The position numbers and the translations under genes are program-made. DNA of 64,000 bases from Phototrophicaceae bacterium. Its GTDB lineage: Bacteria > Chloroflexota > Anaerolineae > Aggregatilineales > Phototrophicaceae. Below, one piece after another: positions 54,470 to 63,131 of this stretch (the stretch's first letter is position 1; each line of letters starts with the position of its first letter). The notes under the pieces are model-generated. The model was not told the origin of the DNA and did no database searches. It saw only the letters and a list, made by a program, of their open reading frames with translations. The DNA is taken from positions 1,637,078 through 1,701,077 of the forward strand of contig OZ242333.1 in assembly GCA_965208285.1 (NCBI GenBank). The letters are read 5' to 3'.

Positions 54470-55855
54470 GTGACACTGGACACCCTGATCAAAAACGCGC
54501 AGGTGGTTTTGGAAACAGGCATCGCCCGTATCGACGTCGGCATTGAAGGCGGACGTATCGCGGCCCTGCAGCACAACAGCGATGGCGTCCATGCCCGTCA
54601 GAGCATCGACGCCGGCGGGCAGTTGCTCCTGCCCGGCGCCATCGACATTCACTTTCATTGCCGCGCGCCCGCCTGGCCGCAACGTGGCGACTTCTCGACC
54701 GAGACGCGGGCCGCAGCGGCGGGTGGTGTTACGACCATCTTTGAGATGCCAGTCTCCAAACCTTGCTGCGCCACGGTCGACATCTTTCGCCGGCGCAGGG
54801 CCCTGGCGGACGCCGATGCCTGGGTCAATTACGCCTTGTATGCCGCGCCCGGCCTGCTGCAAAGGGATGAAGTGCTGGGCATGGCAGCGGAAGGCGCCAT
54901 CGCCTTCAAGATCTTCATGACGTCGGCGCCGGCAGGGCGGGACGACGAGTTTGAAGGGCTTTGTCTGGTTGATGCGCCCGAGCAACTGGCGGCGATGCAA
55001 CTGGTGGCGGAAACGGGCCGTGTGCTGGTCGCGCATGCCGAGAACAACGCCTTGCTGGAACATTACATGGGGCAGTTGCGCGCCGCCGGCCGCAATGACC
55101 TGCAGGCCCACAATGAGTCACGGCCGCCGCACGTAGAAGCGCTGGCGATCGCCAACCTGCTCAGTCTGAACGAAATCGCGGGCGTCAGATTGCACATCGC
55201 CCACGTCAGTTCGCGGGCAGCACTGGCCACGATCCAACGCTATCAGGCGGAAGGCGCGGACGTCAGCGGCGAGACCTGTCCGCACTATCTGTTTTTCACA
55301 GAGGAAGACTTCCTGCGCGTCGGCGCCTGGGCACGGGTCAACCCGCCCATTCGCGGGCAGGATGACCAGGACGCTCTGTGGGACGGGTTGGCCGACGGGT
55401 CCCTGCTGGCCGTCACCACGGACCATTCCCCCTTTATGGTGGAGGAGAAGGAACGGGCGCAGACGGACATATTTGCCGTTCCACCCGGCGCGCCAGGCGT
55501 GGAAGAACTTGTGCCATCCATGATGGATGCCGCGCTCTCCGGCCGCCTGTCGGTAGAGAAGGCCGTACGCCTCATCAGCACCAATGGCGCGCGACGCTTT
55601 GGCATCTACCCTCGCAAGGGCGTCATCGCGCCCGGCGCGGACGCGGACCTGGTGCTATACGACCCCGAAGCCACCACCACCATTCATCCAGACATGCTGT
55701 TCAGCAAGGCGCGCGCCTGCGACAAACTCTACGAGGGGATGACCTTCCGCGGCCGGGTGACTCGCACGATCGTCAATGGCGCGACCGTTTACGCCGACGG
55801 CGACATTGTTGGCGTTCGTGGCGGCGGACGATTCGTGAGACCGGTTACGGACTAA
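54470..55855 (+). CDS. Cyclic amidohydrolase (dihydroorotase/allantoinase/hydantoinase family)
   Basis: LLLPGAIDIHFHCR HxH motif, GGVTTIFEMP, AFKIFM (carboxylated-Lys context), HIAHVSS and VTTDHSPF. GTG start. Confidence 0.8.
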   Translation: MTLDTLIKNAQVVLETGIARIDVGIEGGRIAALQHNSDGVHARQSIDAGGQLLLPGAIDIHFHCRAPAWPQRGDFSTETRAAAAGGVTTIFEMPVSKPCCATVDIFRRRRALADADAWVNYALYAAPGLLQRDEVLGMAAEGAIAFKIFMTSAPAGRDDEFEGLCLVDAPEQLAAMQLVAETGRVLVAHAENNALLEHYMGQLRAAGRNDLQAHNESRPPHVEALAIANLLSLNEIAGVRLHIAHVSSRAALATIQRYQAEGADVSGETCPHYLFFTEEDFLRVGAWARVNPPIRGQDDQDALWDGLADGSLLAVTTDHSPFMVEEKERAQTDIFAVPPGAPGVEELVPSMMDAALSGRLSVEKAVRLISTNGARRFGIYPRKGVIAPGADADLVLYDPEATTTIHPDMLFSKARACDKLYEGMTFRGRVTRTIVNGATVYADGDIVGVRGGGRFVRPVTD

Positions 55856-55891
55856 CCCCTTGCCCGGAGTCAGGGCCGGTAACTCTCTGCT

Positions 55892-56761
55892 TCAGCGACC
55901 AGGCATTGAGGGCACACCGGGACCCGTGCGGCGCCTGCGTTGACGGAGCGCGCGTCCGGCGTAGACCAGACCGAACACCGCGCTCAGTTCGAGCACGATG
56001 GCACTGCCCGGCGGTACGTTGGTCCACCAGGACAGGTAAAAGCCCATCACGCCGCCGGCGCAGCCCAGCAGCCCGGCCAACCAAACCATGTGTGACATGC
56101 GTTTGGTGAGCAGGCGCGCCGTCGCCGCGGGTGTCAACAGCAGCGCCAGCATCAGGGCCAGGCCAACGGCCCGCAGACTGAGCACGATGGTGACGGCGAC
56201 CAGCACCAGCAGCAGCGCGCGCAGGAAAGCGACGGGCAGGCGCAGCACCTGCCCCAGTTCCGGGTCGAAACAGACGATGATCAATTGTTTGTAAAAGACC
56301 AGAATTGACAGGAGCACCAGACTGCCCAGAAGTACCATGTAGGTCAGGTCCGCATCGTCGATGCCGCTGATGCTGCCGAACAAAATGTGAGCCAGGTCCA
56401 GGCCGTAACTGGGACGGATGCTGATGATGGCGATACCCAGGGCGAACATCGTCACGAAAACGATTCCGATCGCCGTGTCTTCCTTGACCTTGCGGTCCCG
56501 GGTCATGAAGACGATGGTCAGCGCTGCGAGAATGCCGGCGCCGAGGCCACCGACAAAGAGGTTGCCGCCGGTGGTATAGGCGACGGCCACACCGGGCAAC
56601 ACCGCATGGGCGAGCGCGTCACCGAAGAAGGCCAGGCCGCGCACCACCATGAAACTGCCAACCACGGCGCTGAGAAAGCCCACGAGAATCAGGGCCAACA
56701 GCGAACGTTGGGCAAATCCGTAGGACAGCGGCTCCAGCAAGGCGTCCAGAATCTCAGTCAT
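55892..56761 (-). CDS. Metal (Zn/Mn) ABC transporter permease (ABC-3 family)
   Basis: About 8 TM segments and FFGDALAHAVLPGVA, typical of ZnuB/MntB. The ATG at 56761 overlaps the ATPase stop. Confidence 0.85.
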   Translation of the reverse strand: MTEILDALLEPLSYGFAQRSLLALILVGFLSAVVGSFMVVRGLAFFGDALAHAVLPGVAVAYTTGGNLFVGGLGAGILAALTIVFMTRDRKVKEDTAIGIVFVTMFALGIAIISIRPSYGLDLAHILFGSISGIDDADLTYMVLLGSLVLLSILVFYKQLIIVCFDPELGQVLRLPVAFLRALLLVLVAVTIVLSLRAVGLALMLALLLTPAATARLLTKRMSHMVWLAGLLGCAGGVMGFYLSWWTNVPPGSAIVLELSAVFGLVYAGRALRQRRRRTGPGVPSMPGR

Positions 56762-57566
56762 CGTGCAGACCTGCGTGCTCACGAGGATTCGCAACGTGCA
56801 ACACGCCGTCCTTCAGGGGCAACACGCTCGCAGAGTCGCCATACGCCTGATGCAACAGGTCCGGACGCAGCACTTCCTCGGGCGGCCCGTCGGCCACGAC
56901 CGTTTCTCGCAGGAGAAGCAGCCGGTCGAAGTCGCGGGCAGCGCGTACCATGTCGTGGGTCGCCATCAGCATGGTGATGCCCTGCTCGCGCAGGGTTTCC
57001 AGGGCTGAGGTGATTTCGGCCGCGGCAGCCACGTCGACGCCGCTGAAGGGTTCGTCCAGCAGCAGGATGTCGGATTCCTGGGCGAGGGCGCGGGCGATGA
57101 GAATGCGTTGCTGCTGGCCGGCGCTCAGTTCGCCAAAGGCCTGGTGCGCGATTTCCCCCAGCTGAAACAGTTCCAGTAGCTCAAGGGCGCGTTGCCGGAC
57201 CATTCCTGGCCACCAGGGCAGCCAGGAGTTACCGCGGGCGAGACCCATCATCACGACGTCATGGGCGGTGACAGGGAAGTTCTGGTCCACGGCGTTGCGT
57301 TGCGGGATGAAACCGACCTGGACCTCCCTGTGGCGACAGTCGATGCCATGCACCAATACTTCCCCGGTGTCGATCGGGATCAGGCCGGCGATGGACTTCA
57401 ACAGCGTGGTTTTGCCGGCGCCGTTGGGGCCGACCAGCGCCACGCACTCACCGCAGCACAGGGTGAAGTTCAGTTGATCGATGGTGCGGGGCGCCCAGGG
57501 ATAGCCGGCCCCAAGCTCCCGCACCATCAGCGCCGGTGTTTCCGGCGCGTTGTTGCTGCGCGTCAT
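56754..57566 (-). CDS. Metal ABC transporter ATP-binding protein
   Basis: GPNGAGKTTL Walker A, LSAGQQQR signature and ILLLDEPFSGVD Walker B. Confidence 0.9.
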   Translation of the reverse strand: MTRSNNAPETPALMVRELGAGYPWAPRTIDQLNFTLCCGECVALVGPNGAGKTTLLKSIAGLIPIDTGEVLVHGIDCRHREVQVGFIPQRNAVDQNFPVTAHDVVMMGLARGNSWLPWWPGMVRQRALELLELFQLGEIAHQAFGELSAGQQQRILIARALAQESDILLLDEPFSGVDVAAAAEITSALETLREQGITMLMATHDMVRAARDFDRLLLLRETVVADGPPEEVLRPDLLHQAYGDSASVLPLKDGVLHVANPREHAGLHDD

Positions 57567-58831
57567 CCACTCATCTCGCCGGAGAGCGCCCCGACGATGG
57601 CCTCGGTGTTGCTGCGCATCAAACCAATCCAGGTGCCGATCGGGCTGCCTTCCTCTCCCAGGGTTTCCAGGTCGAGGTCGACCAGGGCTGCGCCGGTCTC
57701 GTTGCTCACCTGGCGCATGAGGTCGTCGTCCGAGGTCGCCTCGCCAAAGATGGCCGACAGGTTACGTTCGCGCACAAGGTCGATGATCGCTGCCAGTTCC
57801 GCTACCCCTGGCTCCGCCAGGCCACTGAGGCCGGGCACGACGGTGCCGAGCTCTGCGAAGCCGTAGGCGCCGGCGAAGTAACCCAATGAGAAGTGGTGGC
57901 TGACCAACAGCCGCTGTTCCACAGGCAGGGTTGCGATCAGGGGCAGCAACTCATCCTGTTCCAGCGCCTCGATTTCGTCGAGGAAGCTGTCAGCGCGCGC
58001 ATGGTAACCCTCCGCGTGGGCGCTGTCATGGGCAGACAGGATGTCGCGGGCGCTCAGGACCCAGTGCGCGATGCCGCGTACCTGCAGCCAGACGTGCGGG
58101 TCACAGCCGCCAATGGCCTCGCAATCCACGGCGTGCAGCGGACCGGGGCTGACTTCGTCGTCCTGCAGTTTCTGGAAGCGATCGCCAAGCTCCATCTCGT
58201 GCCGGGCGCAGCGTTCCCCTGCATCCTCGTGGATCCCCAAGTCGTGATGGTGGTCCTCGCCTTCATGGTCATGCTCATCGGCGTGGTCGTCGTCCTCGCC
58301 TTCATGATCGTGCTCGTCGGCGTGGTCGTCGTCCTCGCCTTCATGATCGTGCTCGTCGGCGTGGTCGTCTTCGTCCTCATGGTCATGCTCATCGGCGTGG
58401 TCGTCGTCCTCGTCTTCATGGTCATGCTCGTCGGCGTGGTCGTCGTGCCCGTGGTCGTGGTGATCATGCATGTGACCGCCTGGTATGATCGGCACGCATT
58501 CAGAAATCACGAACAGTGCCTCGTCATCAACCGCGGCACCGATCACGGCGAGCAGGCCTTCCTCGTAATTGGCGCCGTTGATGAAAACCAGGTCAGCATC
58601 CGCCAGTTGTCGCAGGGCGGCCGGAGTCGGTTGATAGCTGTGCGGGTCCAGTCCGCGGGGGATCAGTGACGCGACCTCCGCATCGTCGCCGGCCACGCGC
58701 GCGATGATGTCGCCAGCGATGCTGGTGCTGGCGACGATCGATAACGGCGCTTCCTGGGCGTAAAGAGCTGGGGTGAGTAACAGGAAAAGAACCACAAGCG
58801 GGAACAGAATGCCTGATCTGAATCGATGCAC
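57563..58831 (-). CDS. Metal ABC transporter substrate-binding protein, ZnuA-like, with a very long His/Asp/Glu-rich loop
   Basis: TroA-fold strings (IVASTSIAGDI, DPHSYQPTP, NGANYEEGL, DPHVW) and an 80-aa HDE loop. The GTG at 58831 lies 6 nt after GAGGAG and gives the signal peptide MHRFRSGILFPLVVLFLLLTPALYA. The track start TTG 58897 falls on the putative -35. Confidence 0.85.
   Translation of the reverse strand: MHRFRSGILFPLVVLFLLLTPALYAQEAPLSIVASTSIAGDIIARVAGDDAEVASLIPRGLDPHSYQPTPAALRQLADADLVFINGANYEEGLLAVIGAAVDDEALFVISECVPIIPGGHMHDHHDHGHDDHADEHDHEDEDDDHADEHDHEDEDDHADEHDHEGEDDDHADEHDHEGEDDDHADEHDHEGEDHHHDLGIHEDAGERCARHEMELGDRFQKLQDDEVSPGPLHAVDCEAIGGCDPHVWLQVRGIAHWVLSARDILSAHDSAHAEGYHARADSFLDEIEALEQDELLPLIATLPVEQRLLVSHHFSLGYFAGAYGFAELGTVVPGLSGLAEPGVAELAAIIDLVRERNLSAIFGEATSDDDLMRQVSNETGAALVDLDLETLGEEGSPIGTWIGLMRSNTEAIVGALSGEMSG
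58253..58445. repeat. In-frame tandem repeat (36-42-nt units, about 5 copies) encoding HADEHDHE(D/G)ED(D)(D)
   Basis: Plus-strand units cctcgccttcatg(g/a)tc(a/g)tgctc(a/g)tcggcgtggtcgtcgt repeat head to tail. The translation is HADEHDHEDEDDD / HADEHDHEDEDD / HADEHDHEGEDDD x2 / HADEHDHEGEDHHH. Confidence 0.85.
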
Positions 58832-58868
58832 GTCGACTCTCCTCAATAGCCGCCAAACAAGTGCGTAA

Positions 58869-58897
58869 ATGATACCCGGTATCAATAAGAAGCGCAA
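58869..58897 (-). promoter_or_regulatory. Putative promoter of the metal-uptake operon
   Basis: The minus strand reads TTGCGC (58897-58892), 17 nt, TATCAT (58874-58869), about 38 nt upstream of the GTG at 58831. Confidence 0.35.
58870..58884. promoter_or_regulatory. Fur-family (Zur-like) 7-1-7 palindromic operator
   Basis: TGATACC-C-GGTATCA is a perfect 7-1-7 inverted repeat. It shares the TGATA/TATCA arms of the Fur-type TGATAATnATTATCA box and overlaps the putative -10. Confidence 0.5.
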
Positions 58898-58941
58898 GGG
58901 AGTTTAGAAGGTTGACGCGCCGGAATGACAGGGACAGAATC

Positions 58942-59688
58942 ATGGACGAAGAGTTCCGGAGCTCCATGGACCACTGTGCAGGGCCCAGAACGCTGCTGAT
59001 CGTACCGGCCCTGAACGAGGCCGCCAATATTGGCCGGGTTCTGGTTGATGCGCGCTGCTGCCTGCCAGGTGTTGACCTGCTGGTCATTGACGACGGCTCC
59101 TGCGACGGCACCGCCGCCGTCGCGAGAAGCGCCGGCGCCATGGTCCTGTCGCTGCCCTACAACCTGGGCATCGGGGCCGCGGTGCAGACCGGCTTCGCAT
59201 TCGCCGACCGTCATGGATACGATTGCGTACTGCGCAGCGACGGCGACGGCCAACATGGCGCTAGGGACCTGCGACGCTTGCTGGTGGCGTTGCAGACCGG
59301 CGATTGCGATGTCGTCACCGGCACGCGCTTTGGCGCCCACGAGGGTGACCGCTCGGTCTCGCCGGGCCGGCGGGTGGGAATCGTGCTGCTGGCGGGGCTC
59401 CTTTCGCTCATCACCGGGCAGCGAATCAGCGATCCCACATCGGGCCAGGCGGGATTTAGCCGCAGGGCAGTCCGTCTCTTTGCGCGGGAGTACCCGCACG
59501 ATTACCCGGAGCCCGAGGGCCTCGTGCAGGCGCATCGAGCCGGCCTGCGTATGCGTGAGTTGCCGGTGACGATGCGTCCCCGCAGGGCGGGCCGGTCCTC
59601 GATCGGGCAACTTGATGGCGTCTACTACATGATCAAGGTTACTCTGGCCATCTTCATCAACCTGCTGCGCCCGCCGCAGCCGCATTGA
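58942..59688 (+). CDS. GT2-family glycosyltransferase (polyprenyl-phosphate glycosyltransferase-like)
   Basis: [26 protein letters not shown] and SDGDGQH (DxD context). The start is ATG 58942 or 58966. Confidence 0.8.
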   Translation: MDEEFRSSMDHCAGPRTLLIVPALNEAANIGRVLVDARCCLPGVDLLVIDDGSCDGTAAVARSAGAMVLSLPYNLGIGAAVQTGFAFADRHGYDCVLRSDGDGQHGARDLRRLLVALQTGDCDVVTGTRFGAHEGDRSVSPGRRVGIVLLAGLLSLITGQRISDPTSGQAGFSRRAVRLFAREYPHDYPEPEGLVQAHRAGLRMRELPVTMRPRRAGRSSIGQLDGVYYMIKVTLAIFINLLRPPQPH

Positions 59689-59702
59689 ACGCCCGCTGAG
59701 CC

Positions 59703-60812
59703 ATGCGCGTACTCATGCTCTCCCGGGCCTGCATGGTGGGCATTTACCAGCGCAAGCTTGAGGAAATCGCTGCCCGCGGCGTGGAATTGCTGACCCTGGT
59801 GCCCCCGTACTGGCGGGACGGCAGTGGCGCGACGCGCCTGGAGCGTCTCCATACCCGTGGCTATCGTCTGGAGACCACAGCAATCCGGGCCAACGGCCAC
59901 TTTCATCTGCACCACTTTCCCGAACTCGGCGCCGCGCTGCGGGACTTCCGGCCGGATGTGCTGCACGTCGACGAGGAACCCTACAATCTGGCCGCCTGGC
60001 ATGCGCTGTGGCTGGGACGCCGCGCCGGTTGTCGAACCTTGTTCTTTTGCTGGCAAAACATCCTGAGGCGCTATCCGCCACCCTTCAGCCTCGGTGAGCG
60101 CTACGTGTTGCGCGGCGCCGACCACGCCATCGCCGGCACCAGGGGCGCCGCAGACGTTCTGCGCGCCAGGGGCTATCGCGGCCCACTGAGCGTCATCCCG
60201 CAGTTCGGTGTTGACCCGCAACGTTTCCGGCCTGCAGGGGAAAGGCCGTCGCGTCCTTTCACTATTGGCTATTTCGGGCGCTTCGTGCCTGAAAAGGGGC
60301 TGCACAGCCTGCTGGAGGCGCTGGCGCAGCTGGACCGTGACTGCCATTTACTCGCGGTCGGCGACGGGCCGCTGCGCCCACACCTGGAAACCATGGTGAT
60401 TCAGCTAAATCTCCATGGGCGTGTGCGACTGGAAGCGGCGCAACCTTCGTCCGCCATGCCGGCGCAGTACGGTCGTATCGATGCGCTGGTGCTGCCTTCG
60501 CAGACGCGGCGCAACTGGAAGGAGCAATTTGGTCGCGTGCTGGTCGAGGCGATGGCCAGCGGCGTACCTGTGGTCGGTTCAGACAGTGGCGCCATACCCG
60601 ATGTCATCGGCGACGCCGGACTCGTTTTCCCGGAGGGAGACGCTGCAGCGCTGGCCGGGCAGTTGCGTCGCCTGCAGCGGGAAGACGGGCTGCGCCGACA
60701 CCTGGCGCAGCGGGGCAGGGAACGGGCCACCCGGAACTTCACACACGCCGGCGTGGCGGAAGCGACTGTAGCGGTCTATCGTGAGTTGAAGGGTTACCCG
60801 GCGTCGTCCTGA
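59703..60812 (+). CDS. GT4-family glycosyltransferase
   Basis: MRVLMLSR ..., C-terminal ALVLPSQTRRNWKEQFGRVLVEAMASGVPVVGSDSGAIPDVIGD (E-x7-E context). Confidence 0.85.
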   Translation: MRVLMLSRACMVGIYQRKLEEIAARGVELLTLVPPYWRDGSGATRLERLHTRGYRLETTAIRANGHFHLHHFPELGAALRDFRPDVLHVDEEPYNLAAWHALWLGRRAGCRTLFFCWQNILRRYPPPFSLGERYVLRGADHAIAGTRGAADVLRARGYRGPLSVIPQFGVDPQRFRPAGERPSRPFTIGYFGRFVPEKGLHSLLEALAQLDRDCHLLAVGDGPLRPHLETMVIQLNLHGRVRLEAAQPSSAMPAQYGRIDALVLPSQTRRNWKEQFGRVLVEAMASGVPVVGSDSGAIPDVIGDAGLVFPEGDAAALAGQLRRLQREDGLRRHLAQRGRERATRNFTHAGVAEATVAVYRELKGYPASS

Positions 60813-62305
60813 CTCGTGTCCGCCGCCCGAGCTGATGTTTTGAGGGCGGCGCGCAGCGACGCGGGCAAGGGCAACGAATGACCCAGTTGGAGCAAAAGGG
60901 CGCGATCTCCGGCATCCAGAATCCGCGTCAGCCCGGTGAAATAGAGCAGCATGCCGGTCACCATGGCTGCCAGCGGGCTCAGGGCTTGCGAGACGACGGT
61001 CATCCATGCGGCCAGCACCAGGGCCAGCGTAACGAGGGGGACGCTGCGTTTCAGTAGCGGTCGCCAGGCCGCGGCCGGCGCGCTGTAAAGCAGGATGACC
61101 AGCACGAGCAGGACGGACCCCAGAGAAGCAAGGGCTGCGCCGTTGATGCCCAGGCGCGGCAGGAGCAGGGCGTTCAGCGCGATGTTCAGGGACAGCCCCC
61201 CTGCGCGCACGATCAACATACGTCGCTGCCGGTTGCTTGTGATGAGCGCCTGGATGTAAACGTCGGCCACCAGGCGCAGCAGGGCGTACCATACCAGAAT
61301 GCGCAGGACGGCGGCCGCCGGCACAAAGTCGGCCCCGAAGAGTGGGACTGTGATCTCCGGCGCAAAGAGGGACAGCAGAAGGGTCAGCGGCAGGCCGGCC
61401 AGAAGGGTGAACCAGGCCAGGCGACTGACGATACTGCTCAGGGCGGCGCCGCTGACGCGGGACATCATGGGGAACAGTGAGGTCAGAACGGTCGTGCCCA
61501 GCAGTTCGATCATGCCGGTGACGATCACGAAGGCGGCGGTGAGCCAGCCGTTCTGCGCCTCGCCCAGCAGGCGAATGGTCATCAGTTTGTCGGCGTGCAT
61601 CCAGGCGAGGGACAGGAGGCTGGTGATTGCAAGGGGCAGACTGTCGACCAGCAGGCTGCGCAGCAAATCCCTTCGCATTCGCGCGGGCCGCAGACCGCTC
61701 CGCAGGACCAGGCCCCAGAGCATGGCCGCGCGCGCCAGGCCCGCGGCGACGGTTGCGACGTTAAGGCCCTGCAGTCCATGGCCGGACGCCAGGGCCAGGG
61801 CCGCAGCGGGCAGCAACAGCAACATGTGCAACACTGTCACCAGGGAAGTTGAGCGCATGCGTTCCTGCGCCATCAATTGCTCGAAACACAGGTTTCCCCA
61901 GGCGTCCACCAACAGACTGAGGGTGGCCAGGGCCAGCAGGTTTCGGAACTCCGGGTCGAAGCCGGCAAGGGGCGCGGCGATGTTCAACAGCAGCCAGGCG
62001 AGTATGGCCATGCCGCTGCGCAATATCAACGACGTTCCAAGATAGGCTCCGGCGCGCCCCGGCTGACGCGCCACCTCGCGCACGATGATGACCCCGGTGC
62101 CAAAGTTGGTTAAGGCTGCGCCGATGGCGATGAAAGAGCCTATGGCGCCGTAAATGCCGTAGCCGGCTTCGCCGAGGAAACGGGCCAGCGCCAGTTGCCA
62201 GAGAAAGAGCAGGCCCCTGGAGATGATCAGGGACAGCGTCACCGCGCTGACGTTGCGCAGGGCGCGTTGCGTGTCGGCCAGGGATACCGGGCCGCCGGTC
62301 GTCAT
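60794..62305 (-). CDS. Polysaccharide/oligosaccharide flippase (Wzx / MOP superfamily)
   Basis: About 12-14 TM segments, N-terminal ALRNVSAVTLSLIISRGLLFLWQLALARFLG. ATG at 62305 (ATGA overlap with the upstream gene). Its 3' end overlaps the convergent GT4 gene by 19 nt. Confidence 0.75.
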   Translation of the reverse strand: MTTGGPVSLADTQRALRNVSAVTLSLIISRGLLFLWQLALARFLGEAGYGIYGAIGSFIAIGAALTNFGTGVIIVREVARQPGRAGAYLGTSLILRSGMAILAWLLLNIAAPLAGFDPEFRNLLALATLSLLVDAWGNLCFEQLMAQERMRSTSLVTVLHMLLLLPAAALALASGHGLQGLNVATVAAGLARAAMLWGLVLRSGLRPARMRRDLLRSLLVDSLPLAITSLLSLAWMHADKLMTIRLLGEAQNGWLTAAFVIVTGMIELLGTTVLTSLFPMMSRVSGAALSSIVSRLAWFTLLAGLPLTLLLSLFAPEITVPLFGADFVPAAAVLRILVWYALLRLVADVYIQALITSNRQRRMLIVRAGGLSLNIALNALLLPRLGINGAALASLGSVLLVLVILLYSAPAAAWRPLLKRSVPLVTLALVLAAWMTVVSQALSPLAAMVTGMLLYFTGLTRILDAGDRALLLQLGHSLPLPASLRAALKTSARAADTSQDDAG

Positions 62306-62700
62306 GACGCGTCTCCCGCATCCCGGCGCCACAGCGCCAGCACCGCTGCCGCCTCCGTTTCATCGTCGACGAAACGCAATACACGCTTGCTGTCGCGATA
62401 GATGCCGGCCCTGCCGCCAAGCATACCCTTTAGCGTCGGCTCAAGGCCGATGACCAGCAGTCGGTTGCGCATGCGCGGGTGTAGCGCAACGCCCAGACTG
62501 CGGATGTGACCGAAAGCGCCGGCCGGTAGTTTCCCGGACTGACGCAGGTCAAGCAGCAGTTCGACGGGGGGTCCCGCCTGACCCAGTTGCAGGGCGGCGC
62601 GCCGCATCCCCTTGTGCAGGTCGTTCCAGTTCCAGGGCGGCGTTGGCATCAGGACCAGGACGTCGCCGCTCTCTTCGTTCAGCGTGCTGTTCAGTGGCAC
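62302..62700 (-). CDS. Hypothetical protein (115-132 aa), possibly of STAS/SpoIIAA-like fold
   Basis: ORF wedged between the Nudix and flippase genes, with overlapping stop/start signals. The start is GTG 62700 or ATG 62649. The fold guess is only a pattern impression. Confidence 0.45.
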   Translation of the reverse strand: MPLNSTLNEESGDVLVLMPTPPWNWNDLHKGMRRAALQLGQAGPPVELLLDLRQSGKLPAGAFGHIRSLGVALHPRMRNRLLVIGLEPTLKGMLGGRAGIYRDSKRVLRFVDDETEAAAVLALWRRDAGDAS

Positions 62701-63131
62701 GGCTGTGACTGCAGCAGGTCGGACAGCCCCTCCGGCACCAGCGGGGCGTCCTGCATCGCATCCGGGGCCAGCCAGCGGGCGATGATGCGACGCTCACCTT
62801 CGCGCGCTTCGACACATTCCCTTTCATAGATTTCGCGATCGAGAAAGTCGGCGTCGAAAATCAGCAGCAACTCGTGGCGGGGCTTGCCCCGATAAGTGAA
62901 GATGCTCTCCAGCGTGCCCAGATAGCGCGGAGCACTGATCGCGGCCCCGAGTTCCTCATCGATTTCCCGGATGATGGCCTCGGAGCCGGTTTCACCGAAA
63001 TCGATGCCTCCACCCAGAGGCCGATAAAAACTCGCCCCGTTGTTGCTGTCGCGACCTCTGGCCACGAGAATTCGACCCCTGTGTCGGAATACACAGAGCG
63101 CCATGGGGCGAATGCGGGGCTTGCGCGCCAT
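62691..63131 (-). CDS. Nudix hydrolase
   Basis: Nudix box GGGIDFGETGSEAIIREIDEELG (G-x5-E-x7-REUxEExGU). Confidence 0.85.
   Translation of the reverse strand: MARKPRIRPMALCVFRHRGRILVARGRDSNNGASFYRPLGGGIDFGETGSEAIIREIDEELGAAISAPRYLGTLESIFTYRGKPRHELLLIFDADFLDREIYERECVEAREGERRIIARWLAPDAMQDAPLVPEGLSDLLQSQPCH

Noticed and set aside
58253-58445. Regularly spaced short repeats that could be mistaken for a CRISPR array
   Set aside because: The units are contiguous with no spacers. They are in frame and lie inside a ZnuA-like gene, encoding the HDE loop. No cas genes are present in the window.
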